A stretch of DNA of 64,000 nt from an uncultured Acidobacteriota bacterium (lineage in GTDB: Bacteria > Acidobacteriota > Thermoanaerobaculia > UBA5066), in NCBI GenBank assembly GCA_963779415.1, contig CAVZYA010000001.1:640001-704000 (forward strand), in the 5' to 3' direction. Both the position numbers and the translations under genes were made by a program. The notes under the pieces were generated by a model. It saw only the letters and a list, made by a program, of their open reading frames with translations. It searched no databases and was not told where the DNA came from. Within the stretch, counting starts at the first letter, position 1. Each line of letters begins with the position of its first letter. Below are positions 11,390 to 19,428 of this stretch, piece after piece.

Positions 11390-12775
11390 ATGAGCCGGAA
11401 GAACACCCGAATCCTGATCGTCGATGACGAGGAGGTCGTCCGCGAGTCGTTGGGCGGCTGGCTGGAGAAGGACGGGTACAGCCTCGGGAGCGCACCGGAC
11501 GGCGCCTCCGCCCTGAAGGCCGTCGAGGAGAAGGAGTGGTCAATCCTCGTCGTCGACCTGAAGATGCCCGGCATCGACGGGCTCCAGGTCCTGCAGGCGG
11601 TCAAGGAGAAGCACCCCGAGATCGCCGTCGTCATCATGACGGCCTACGCCACCGTCGACACCGCCGTGAGAGCGATGAAGCTCGGCGCCTATGACTACAT
11701 CGTCAAGCCGTTCGACCCCGAGGAGCTCTCCCTGATGATCCAGAAGATCGTCGGGCAGCAGGCCCTCGTGAGGGAGAACCTGATTCTCCGCAAGGCCCTC
11801 AAGCGCGAATACCGGTTCCACGACTTCGTCAGCAAGAGCCCTATCATGCGCGACGTCCTCGAGCTGGCCAAGACCGCGGCCCGGAGCCCTTCCACGATCC
11901 TGATCCTCGGCGACAGCGGGACGGGAAAGGAGATTCTCGCCCGGTCGATCCATGCCGAGAGTCCGCGGGTGGCGAAGCCCTTCGTCGCCGTCTCCTGCGC
12001 GGCCCTGACCGAGACGCTCCTCGAGTCCGAGCTCTTCGGCTACGAGAAAGGGGCCTTCACGGGAGCCTCCGGGCGTCACGAGGGAAAGTTCGAGGCCGCC
12101 AGCGGCGGCACGCTCTTCCTCGACGAGATCGGGGACATCAGCCCGAAGCTGCAGCTCGACCTGCTGCGCGTTCTGGAGGAGCGGCGGGTGACGCGCGTCG
12201 GCGGCACCGAGAGCATTCCGGTCGACGTCCGGATCATCGCGGCCACGAACCGCGACCTCGCGAAGGCCGTCGAGGAGGGAAGGTTCCGGCAGGACCTCTA
12301 TTACCGGCTGAACGTCATCGCCATCCGGCTCCCCCGCCTCACCGAGCGGCGAGAGGACATCCCTCTGCTCGTCGACCACTTCCTCGAGCACCTCGGCGTC
12401 GAGATGAAAAGAGAGGCCGAGGGGATCTCGGCCGAGGCGATGGCGCTCCTGATGTCGCACGACTGGCCGGGCAACGTCCGAGAGCTGCGGAACGTCCTCG
12501 AGCGTGGCCTCGTCGTAGCGAAAACGCCGGTCATCCAGGCTTCCGACCTCGGACTCGTCCCGGGTGCGACGGGGGGCGGAAGCGACCGTCCCGCCTCGCT
12601 CTCCGAGGTGGAGAAACGCCATATCGCCTCGGTCCTCCACCACGCGGGCGGCAACGTCAGCCAGGCCGCGCGCATCCTCGACATCGACCGGGTCACCCTC
12701 TACAACAAGATCCGGAAGTACCACCTGCGCGACGCCGAGGAGCACGATGCGGCGCCGGAGTCCGAGAAAGCCTGA
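11390..12775 (+). CDS. Sigma54-dependent response regulator (NtrC/AtoC-type: REC-AAA+-Fis HTH)
   Basis: Receiver domain, Walker A GDSGTGKE, GAFTGA loop, LFLDEIGD, WPGNVREL, HTH NVSQAARILDIDRVTLYNK. Confidence 0.95.
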   Translation: MSRKNTRILIVDDEEVVRESLGGWLEKDGYSLGSAPDGASALKAVEEKEWSILVVDLKMPGIDGLQVLQAVKEKHPEIAVVIMTAYATVDTAVRAMKLGAYDYIVKPFDPEELSLMIQKIVGQQALVRENLILRKALKREYRFHDFVSKSPIMRDVLELAKTAARSPSTILILGDSGTGKEILARSIHAESPRVAKPFVAVSCAALTETLLESELFGYEKGAFTGASGRHEGKFEAASGGTLFLDEIGDISPKLQLDLLRVLEERRVTRVGGTESIPVDVRIIAATNRDLAKAVEEGRFRQDLYYRLNVIAIRLPRLTERREDIPLLVDHFLEHLGVEMKREAEGISAEAMALLMSHDWPGNVRELRNVLERGLVVAKTPVIQASDLGLVPGATGGGSDRPASLSEVEKRHIASVLHHAGGNVSQAARILDIDRVTLYNKIRKYHLRDAEEHDAAPESEKA

Positions 12776-12786
12776 ACAGGCCTTTC

Positions 12787-12804
12787 TGTTTCCATTCCGT
12801 GACA
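12787..12804 (+). promoter_or_regulatory. Putative enhancer box TGT-N12-ACA for a sigma54 activator
   Basis: TGTTTCCATTCCGTGACA ends 75 nt upstream of the -12 C of the promoter at 12865-12880. It has the same length and half-site as the boxes at 31593, 35655 and 49519. Confidence 0.5.
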
Positions 12805-12864
12805 GCGATGAGCGGAACCGGTAACGGTGACGCCGCCGCGACGCATGCGCCGGCTCGCGAGGGA

Positions 12865-12880
12865 AGGTACCAGGTTTGCA
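12865..12880 (+). promoter_or_regulatory. Sigma54 (-24/-12) promoter
   Basis: AGGTACCAGGTTTGCA gives GG-N10-GC with TTGCA, upstream of the RBS and ATG at 12904. Confidence 0.65.
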
Positions 12881-12903
12881 TCTCTCGTGACAGGGAGCTT
12901 CGC

Positions 12904-13737
12904 ATGCCGATCGTCACGATTTCCCGCGGAACCATGAGCGGTGGGAAGGCCCTGGCGGAGTGCCTCGCCACGACGCTGGGCTGCTCCTGCATCGCCCGCG
13001 AGGTTCTGGTCGAGGGCGCCGCCAAGCTGGGGGTCTCGGAGGAGTTCCTCCGCGAAAGACTGGAGCGAGCGCCCGGTCTCTGGGAGCGCCTGACAGCCGA
13101 GCGGAAGACGTACGCTCTGGCGACGCAGGCGGCTCTGGCCGAGCAGGTCGTCCGCGGCGAGGCCGTCTATCACGGCCTGGCCGGACACCTCCTCCTTCGC
13201 GAGATCCCCGAGGTGCTGCGCGTCCGGCTCATCGCGCCGGCCGAGATCCGGGTGAAGGCCCTCATGGAGCAGCGGCGCATGACCCGGGAAGACGCCGAGA
13301 GGTTCATCGCCCAGGTGGACAGTCACCGGGTGAGGTGGACGCGGCTCATGTACAACGCCGACATCGAAGACCCGCGTCTGTACGACATCGTTCTCAACCT
13401 CGAGAAAACCACGATCCAGTCGGGATGCGACACGGTCATCACCCTCGCCCGGCGGCCGGAATTCACCATCGACGACGCCGCCCGCGCGCGTTTGAGCGAC
13501 TTCGTCCTCACCTGCCGCGTGCGTCTCGCCCTGGCCGTTCAGCCGGCCACGCGGGGCCTCGAGCTGGACGTGACGGTCCGCGGCGGCACGGTCACCCTTT
13601 CGGGCAAGGTCCCGAAGCCCGACATGCTGACCCATGCGAGCGATCGCTGGATGAAGGAGCTTCGCGAGGCGGTGGAGGGGGTGACGGGAGTCAAGCGGGT
13701 CGTCCTCGACGTGAGCGTGGTAAGCGCTTACCACTGA
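12904..13737 (+). CDS. Cytidylate-kinase-like (P-loop) protein with C-terminal BON domain
   Basis: MPIVTISRGTMSGGK...VYHGLAGH..L...LRVRLIAP...YDIVLN, then LDVTVRGGTVTLSG...VEGVTGVKRV (BON-like). Start set at the ATG after GGGAG. Confidence 0.8.
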   Translation: MPIVTISRGTMSGGKALAECLATTLGCSCIAREVLVEGAAKLGVSEEFLRERLERAPGLWERLTAERKTYALATQAALAEQVVRGEAVYHGLAGHLLLREIPEVLRVRLIAPAEIRVKALMEQRRMTREDAERFIAQVDSHRVRWTRLMYNADIEDPRLYDIVLNLEKTTIQSGCDTVITLARRPEFTIDDAARARLSDFVLTCRVRLALAVQPATRGLELDVTVRGGTVTLSGKVPKPDMLTHASDRWMKELREAVEGVTGVKRVVLDVSVVSAYH

Positions 13738-13747
13738 GAAATCCGAA

Positions 13748-13768
13748 GGCGCCTCCCGACGAGGCGCC
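13748..13768 (+). other. Intergenic GC-rich hairpin (possible mRNA stability or processing element)
   Basis: GGCGCCTC-CCGAC-GAGGCGCC, a perfect 8-bp stem with no U-tract. Confidence 0.35.
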
Positions 13769-13782
13769 GTCAGGAGGCCCGA

Positions 13783-13971
13783 GTGGAATTCCTGAACTGG
13801 CTCCAGAATCTGGGAAAGGACGCGAGTCCGGCGCCCGGGTTTCAGGCGCGTCCCGAATACGTCCTCGTCTCCGTCCTCCTTCCGGTTCTGGTGGGTCTTT
13901 TCGTCGGCTTCACGCTGAGGCTCATCGAGCGGCTCCTCGGGGTGGAGCTGGGAAAGGGCGGGGCACACTGA
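13783..13971 (+). CDS. Small membrane protein, probable TSUP partner (resembles the C-terminal half of the DVU0150-like protein)
   Basis: GGAGG RBS, one TM helix, and C-terminus GFTLRLIERLLGVELGKGGAH similar to GTGFDRVITKLGIDLGRLEHHE at 16930. Lies 1 nt from the next gene. Confidence 0.65.
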   Translation: MEFLNWLQNLGKDASPAPGFQARPEYVLVSVLLPVLVGLFVGFTLRLIERLLGVELGKGGAH

Positions 13972-13972
13972 G

Positions 13973-14908
13973 ATGTCAGCCGGAGAGTTCCTTCTCGGCG
14001 TCGACAACTTCCCGTACCTCGCCCTCTTCGGCCTCGTGATCGGAGCCCTGGGCGGCTTCTTCGGGGTAGGCGGCGGCTTCCTCATGGTCCCGATGCTGAA
14101 CGTGGTCTTCGGTGTGCCGTACAACATCGCCGTCGGCTCGGACCTCGGCCAGATGTGCGGGATGTCGACCGCCGCCACCGTGCGCCACATGCGATTTGGC
14201 AACATCGACTTCAAACTGGGCCTTCTGATGATCGTCGGAACCGCGAGCGGGGTCGAGGTCGGCGCCCAGCTCCTGGAGTTGCTCAAGCACCTCGGGAGCA
14301 TGTCGATCCTGGGGCGCGAGATCGACATGATGACCGTCATCATGAGTCTGGTCTACGCGGCGCTCCTCATCTTCCTGGGTCAGGCGATGGTGAGGGAGTC
14401 ACTCCGGACGATGAGGCGGGCCGCGGGCCAGATCCAGCTCGGCGCCGAGGCGCCTACCGCGACGGCGGCCGTGCGGCTCCGGACCGTCAAGCTCTGGCCG
14501 ATGGTGAGCCTTCCGGCGTCGGGGATCGAGTCGGTCTCGCTCTGGGTGATTCTCGGAATCGGCTTCGCCACCGGGCTCCTCTCCGGGATGCTGGGAGTCG
14601 GGGGGGGCTTCATCCGGATGCCGGCGCTCGTCTACATTCTCGGCTGCCCGACGGTCGTGGCCGTCGGGACCGACCTCTTCGAGATCATGTTCAGCTCGGC
14701 GTACGGCGTGATGACGCACTCGTTCAAGGGAAACGTCCATCTCGGACTCGTGCTGGCTCTGCTCGCCGGCACCGCCGTCGGAGCCCAGATCGGGGCGTCC
14801 TACACGAGAAGAGCCGGGGGGCCCTGGGTCCGATTCGGTTTCGGATGCCTGGCCTTCGTCGGCGTCTTCATGGTCGTCCTGAAGCTCTATCTGAAGCTCC
14901 TCCACTAG
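13973..14908 (+). CDS. TSUP (TauE/SafE, DUF81) sulfite/sulfur-compound transporter
   Basis: Duplicated GFFGVGGGFLMVP and GMLGVGGGFIRMP motifs, AVGSDL and AVGTDL, GNIDFKLG, multiple TM helices. Confidence 0.9.
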   Translation: MSAGEFLLGVDNFPYLALFGLVIGALGGFFGVGGGFLMVPMLNVVFGVPYNIAVGSDLGQMCGMSTAATVRHMRFGNIDFKLGLLMIVGTASGVEVGAQLLELLKHLGSMSILGREIDMMTVIMSLVYAALLIFLGQAMVRESLRTMRRAAGQIQLGAEAPTATAAVRLRTVKLWPMVSLPASGIESVSLWVILGIGFATGLLSGMLGVGGGFIRMPALVYILGCPTVVAVGTDLFEIMFSSAYGVMTHSFKGNVHLGLVLALLAGTAVGAQIGASYTRRAGGPWVRFGFGCLAFVGVFMVVLKLYLKLLH

Positions 14909-14912
14909 ACCT

Positions 14913-16142
14913 ATGGGCGGGTTCTGGCGCCGCCTCGCCCGGATCCTCCCCCCGGTCCCGCGCCGACAGGGCCGCCTCTCCGTGGAGGCGAAGTTCACGC
15001 TGCTCCGGGCGATCGGCGCCGCAAACGACACGTTTCTCGCCGCCCTCGCCCGGTACCAGGAAGGAGAGGAGACGGAGACTCCGCCGGGGCTGGGCGCCGT
15101 CGCCGAGGCGTACGAAGGCCTGTCGGCACCGGTCGGCGAGATGGTCCGGTCCCTTCTGACCATGTCCCGGGGGCGTTATGTCGAGCTGGCCCAGCGTTAC
15201 GAGACGCTCGATCGGGAGCTGGCCTGCGAATTCCTGGGCTCTTCTCCCGTCGAGTTCGGCCCCCTCGTCATGACGCCCGAAGACGCCGAGGCCTGCCTTC
15301 CGGTGCGCGAGAAGCTGCGGAAGCTGATGGAGCGGGTGACGCCTCTCACGCTGACCGACCCCGAGTCGCCCACCTTCGACCCCGCGCACTGCCAGACGCT
15401 TCACGACGTGGCTCACTTCGTCCATCAGCGCGCCATGGGCGAGATGTCCGCCATCGAGGAGCTGACGGCCGGCGAGCGGCGCACGTGCCGGCGCCTCGTA
15501 TGGCACCGCCCCATGGAGGTTCGGCTTCTGGACCTCGGGGGGGCGGTCGGGCCGGAGACCGGCCGGGAGGTCGCGCTAGCGGACGTGACCTCGGTCCCGC
15601 TTCATGCTCTTCTGGAAGGGATGCTGGACTCGCGGCTCCGGTGGGCCGGTCCCGTGGGATTCGACCTGAAAGGGTTCGTCTCGGTGGTGGTTCGGAGCGC
15701 CGCGGACGACCAGCGGTACGGCGAGCCGAGCTACGCCCTCTGCTCCGCGGATTACCTCCACTTCGCCTCGCGCCTTGCCTACCACTTCGCCCTCGTGGAT
15801 GCCCTCTGCGGCGAGTCGTTGAACGAAAACTATGTCCGCTTCCGTTTCCATGGCGGCGCGGCGGTGGCCGAGCGGCGGGAGTGGCGGGGGCAGTTCCTCG
15901 TCACGGTGCTTGAGTACAATCGCTTTCTCGTCACGCACGTGGGTGATCGCGTGAATGCCATCCTCCCCGGGCGGCCCGTAGAGGAACTGGAGGACGCTCT
16001 CGTCATGCTGGGCCGGCTGATGGTGGCCTCCCGGCATCTGGACATGGTGATCGAGAGCCCTGCGGTGGCCGTGACCCTCGCCCGGGCCTTTCTGGCCGGC
16101 GACTACGGCTTCGATCTGGTCCGGACGCAAGCGGAGCGGTGA
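14913..16142 (+). CDS. Protein made only of the N-terminal helical and C-terminal unknown domains of the PEP-synthase-like paralogs (no ATP-grasp or phospho-His domain)
   Basis: Shares LTDP...F.P..CQTLHDVAHFVHQRAM, RLAYHFALVD, NYVRFRFHGGAA and LGRLMVASRHLDM with the genes at 19429, 24003 and 38394. Lacks the RSSA, DxEWA, QxRP and H-x5-RE motifs. Confidence 0.75.
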   Translation: MGGFWRRLARILPPVPRRQGRLSVEAKFTLLRAIGAANDTFLAALARYQEGEETETPPGLGAVAEAYEGLSAPVGEMVRSLLTMSRGRYVELAQRYETLDRELACEFLGSSPVEFGPLVMTPEDAEACLPVREKLRKLMERVTPLTLTDPESPTFDPAHCQTLHDVAHFVHQRAMGEMSAIEELTAGERRTCRRLVWHRPMEVRLLDLGGAVGPETGREVALADVTSVPLHALLEGMLDSRLRWAGPVGFDLKGFVSVVVRSAADDQRYGEPSYALCSADYLHFASRLAYHFALVDALCGESLNENYVRFRFHGGAAVAERREWRGQFLVTVLEYNRFLVTHVGDRVNAILPGRPVEELEDALVMLGRLMVASRHLDMVIESPAVAVTLARAFLAGDYGFDLVRTQAER

Positions 16143-16179
16143 TGGGATTTCTCGTAGGCATGAGAGGCGCGGAGAGCGT

Positions 16180-16603
16180 ATGAGCGGTTCCGAACGGATC
16201 CGGGTTCTCGTCGTGGATGACGAGGAGGACTTCGCTTCCGCCATCGCCGAGCGCCTCGCACGGCGCGGCTTCGACGCGGCGGCTGCGTTCTCGGCGAGGG
16301 CGGCCCTGGCGCTTCTCGAAGAGTTGCCCTCCGACGTCGTCGTCCTCGACCTGAAGATGCCGGGGATGGACGGCCTCACCGCCCTGCGGGAGATCCGGAA
16401 GCTCCACCCCGGCGTCCAGGTCATCGTTCTCACCGGACACGGCACCGTCGCGTCCGGCATCGAAGGGATGCAGGGAGGCGCCGCCGATTTCCTGCAGAAA
16501 CCCGTCACGATCGAGGTTCTTTGCGCGGCCATCGCGGTCGCCGCCGAGCGCTCGCGCGCGGGCGGTACGTCCGGGGGGCCGGGAGAGGGAGGAAGAGAGA
16601 TGA
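16180..16603 (+). CDS. Stand-alone response regulator receiver (end inferred; probable indel in the G-run near 16575)
   Basis: VLVVDDE...VLDLKMPGMDG...LTGHG...FLQKP. Similarity ends at ~16560 and an ATGA with an upstream GGAGG lies at 16600-16603. Confidence 0.8.
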
Positions 16604-16930
16604 ATCGAACGACGATTCGCCGGCCGATCCGCGTCGGGGCGGGACGCCTGCATTCCGGTCCTGACCGGACTCGCGATCCTTGCGCTCGGGCTCGAGGCGC
16701 GGGGTGCCCCTGCCGGGCCCGCCAGGCAGCTGGTCAACATCGCCGACACGCGCACGCTCCCGCAGGGGTTCACCCGCTGGATCGCGGACGTCTACAACAC
16801 GTCGCACTGGGAATACGGGCTTCTCGTCGTCATCGTCATGGCAGCCATGGGGCTCCTCCTCGGCACCGGATTCGACCGCGTCATCACGAAGCTGGGCATC
16901 GACCTCGGGCGGCTCGAGCATCACGAGTAG
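16600..16930 (+). CDS. DVU0150-like membrane protein (frameshifted near its 5' end, missed by the ORF track)
   Basis: Frame ending TAG 16930 reads IPVLTGLAILALGLEARGAPAGPARQLVNIADTRTLPQGFTRWIADVYNTSHWEYGLLVVIVMAAMGLLLGTGFDRVITKLGIDLGRLEHHE. The ADTR...W...YN...G.D...H pattern and position before a TSUP gene match my recollection of this family. Confidence 0.65.
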
Positions 16931-16952
16931 GCCGGACCGGAAGGAACAGCAC

Positions 16953-17981
16953 ATGGACTTCTTCACCGTCTACCTCCCCATCGCGGGAATGCAATTCAAC
17001 GTCCTGCTCCTGCTTCTCATCGGTTTCACCGTCGGCGTCTGCGGGGGCTTTTTCGGGATCGGCGGGGCCTGGATCGTCACGCCCGCCCTCAACATCTTCG
17101 GCTTTCCGATGCCCTATGCCATCGGGACGGACCTTGCCCACATGGGAGGCAAGTCGATCGTCTCGACGATGCGGCACGGGAAGTTCGGAAACGTCGACCT
17201 GAAGCTCGGTTTCTCGATGATCCTCGGAACCACCGTCGGAATCGAGCTCGGAGCACGGCTCGTCATGATGCTCGAACGTGCGGGCCTCGCCGAGTCGGTG
17301 ATCCGGAAGGCGTACATCGTCTTCCTCGGCCTGATCGGCTCGTACGTCCTCTACGACTACATCAGCCACACCCGACGCAGCGCGCGGCCGGCAGAAGCCC
17401 AGACAGCCCGGCCGGAGACGATCGCCCACCGGCTTCAACGGATCAAGATCCCGCCGATGATCCACTTCAAGGCCTCCGGGATCACCTGCTCTCTCTGGCT
17501 GCCGATCCTCGTGGGCCTCACGACGGGGATCGTGGCTGCGGTGCTCGGCGTCGGGGGGGGGTTCATCCGGATGCCGGCCCTCATCTACCTGATCGGCTGC
17601 CCCACTCTGGTGGCCGTCGGAACGGACCTTTTCGAGGTGATGATCACGGGAGCGTACGGATCGTTCACCTACGCGGTGAAGGGGCGCGTCGAGCTGATTG
17701 CGGCGATGTGGATGATCCTCGGCGCCGCCGTCGGCGCCCAGATGGGAACCGTCGCGGTGAAATACGTGCGCGGCTACGCCATCCGCCTCCTCTTCGCCTG
17801 CACGATCTTCATTGCCTGCGCCTCGGTGATCCTCAAGCAGCTTCAGTTCCAGCTCGCCTCGTCGATCACGATCCTGGCCGCCGGAATCGCCATCAGCTCG
17901 GTCATCATCTTCTGGCTGGTCAAGGGAATCCTCGCGGAGCGGGCGGCGCAGCGCCGGCGGCTGGCGGGGACGTCGATCTAG
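16953..17981 (+). CDS. TSUP (TauE/SafE, DUF81) transporter, DVU0149-like
   Basis: MDFFTVYLPIAG...GGFFGIGGAWIVTP...AIGTDL...GNVDLKLG...GVGGGFIRMP...AVGTDL. Start set at the ATG after AAGGA. Confidence 0.9.
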   Translation: MDFFTVYLPIAGMQFNVLLLLLIGFTVGVCGGFFGIGGAWIVTPALNIFGFPMPYAIGTDLAHMGGKSIVSTMRHGKFGNVDLKLGFSMILGTTVGIELGARLVMMLERAGLAESVIRKAYIVFLGLIGSYVLYDYISHTRRSARPAEAQTARPETIAHRLQRIKIPPMIHFKASGITCSLWLPILVGLTTGIVAAVLGVGGGFIRMPALIYLIGCPTLVAVGTDLFEVMITGAYGSFTYAVKGRVELIAAMWMILGAAVGAQMGTVAVKYVRGYAIRLLFACTIFIACASVILKQLQFQLASSITILAAGIAISSVIIFWLVKGILAERAAQRRRLAGTSI

Positions 17982-17993
17982 AAGGAGAGGACG

Positions 17994-18326
17994 ATGAGAC
18001 AAATGCGAATCGGTGCGGGACGGATTCTCCTCGCCTTCTCCCTCCTCTTCGTGGCCTGCGGCCCGGCCCCGATCGTCGTTCAGGGGACGGTGGTCCGATA
18101 CGACGCCGTCGGGAAGCTCCTGCTCCTTCGGGACGAGAGGCCGCCCCAGGCGACGATGGAGATCTCGATCGCCGGCGCCGAGGTGGGAGCCGATCCGATC
18201 CCCGGGGATACCGTCCGCGTCGCCTACCGGGTCGCCGATGACCGCCCCGTCGCCACGCGCGTCATGAACCTCACCCGCCAGGAGGAGATCGGAAAGAAAG
18301 GGGTGAAGAGCTCGGGCGGCCATTGA
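17994..18326 (+). CDS. Small lipoprotein (possibly DUF4881/DVU0148-like)
   Basis: Lipobox-type signal ILLAFSLLFVA-CG, beta-rich body, GGAGAGG RBS. Confidence 0.65.
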   Translation: MRQMRIGAGRILLAFSLLFVACGPAPIVVQGTVVRYDAVGKLLLLRDERPPQATMEISIAGAEVGADPIPGDTVRVAYRVADDRPVATRVMNLTRQEEIGKKGVKSSGGH

Positions 18327-18365
18327 CCTGAAGTTCGAATCCCGGGATGCCCGCCGGAACTTCCC

Positions 18366-18899
18366 ATGCCGACACTGAAGAGTCTCTTCCTGGTCTTCCT
18401 GAAGATGGGCGCTTTCGCATTTGGTGGCGTCTACTCGATGCTCTCGTTTTTCCAGAGGGAGCTGGTGGACCGGAGACGCTGGCTCAGTGAGGAAGAGTTC
18501 GCCGAAGGAGTGGCCATCGGCCAGATGACACCGGGCCCACCAATCATCAACACCGGGATCTTCGTCGGTTACCGTCTGAAGGGGGCCCGGGGAGCCGTCA
18601 CAACAACCGCCGGCCAGGTCCTCCCGGGTTTCCTCCTGGTCCTCGTTCTGGCATTCCTTTACACAAAGTACAAATCCGTGCCTCTCCTCGAAGGCGCCCT
18701 GAAGGGGATCGGCGCGGCTGTCGTGGGCCTTCTCGGCTCGGTCGTGCTCAAGATGGGCCGGCAGATCGTCGACGGCTGGCAACCCGCGCTTCTGGCGTTG
18801 GGAGGCTTCGGCCTCCTCTATTTCGCCAGGGCGAATCCGATTTTGTTGATCGCGGCGTCCGGCATGCTCGGCTACCTGCTCTACGGGAGAAGCCGATGA
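18366..18899 (+). CDS. Short-chain CHR-family (chromate/oxyanion) transporter, subunit 1
   Basis: FLKMGAFAFGG...WLSEEEFAEGVAIGQMTPGP. Confidence 0.9.
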   Translation: MPTLKSLFLVFLKMGAFAFGGVYSMLSFFQRELVDRRRWLSEEEFAEGVAIGQMTPGPPIINTGIFVGYRLKGARGAVTTTAGQVLPGFLLVLVLAFLYTKYKSVPLLEGALKGIGAAVVGLLGSVVLKMGRQIVDGWQPALLALGGFGLLYFARANPILLIAASGMLGYLLYGRSR

Positions 18900-19411
18900 C
18901 GCTCGTGATGCTCTTCGGGGTCCTCTTCCTCGTCAACCTCTTCACGATCGGCGGCGGGTACGTCATGCTCCCACTGCTTCACGGATTCTTCGTGGAGCGG
19001 TTCGGCTGGCTGACGAACCAGGAGTTCATGGACGCCGTGGCTATCGGGCAGGTGACGCCGGGCCCCTTGACCATAATGAACACCTTCATCGGCTACAAGG
19101 TTGCCGGGCTCGCGGGGGCGGTGACCGCGACCGCCGGGAGCTACCTCCCGTCGCTCCTCGTGACGACCTTCGTGACGAAGTACTACCTCAAGTTCAAGAC
19201 CTCGAAAGTGGTCAGCTCGGTCTTTCGCGGCATCAAACCGGCCGTCGTCGGAATGCTCCTGGCCGTCTGCCTCAGCCTCGGGACGGCTTCCCTCGTGAGC
19301 CCGACCGCGATTGCGATCTGCGTTACGAGCTTCGGACTCATGACGTTCACGAAGATCGATCCGACGATTCTCGTTCTCGCTGCAGGAGTCGCGGGGGCGA
19401 CGCTTCTCTAG
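18896..19411 (+). CDS. Short-chain CHR-family transporter, subunit 2
   Basis: FTIGGGY...WLTNQEFMDAVAIGQVTPGP...GIKPAVVG. ATGA overlap with subunit 1. Confidence 0.9.
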   Translation: MTLVMLFGVLFLVNLFTIGGGYVMLPLLHGFFVERFGWLTNQEFMDAVAIGQVTPGPLTIMNTFIGYKVAGLAGAVTATAGSYLPSLLVTTFVTKYYLKFKTSKVVSSVFRGIKPAVVGMLLAVCLSLGTASLVSPTAIAICVTSFGLMTFTKIDPTILVLAAGVAGATLL

Positions 19412-19428
19412 GGATTTCCGGATCCCCG

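Noticed and set aside
16180-17202. 340-aa receiver fusion ORF as given in the track
   Set aside because: Receiver similarity ends near 16560 and the rest runs out of frame across the DVU0150-like and TSUP genes. Indels explain it better.
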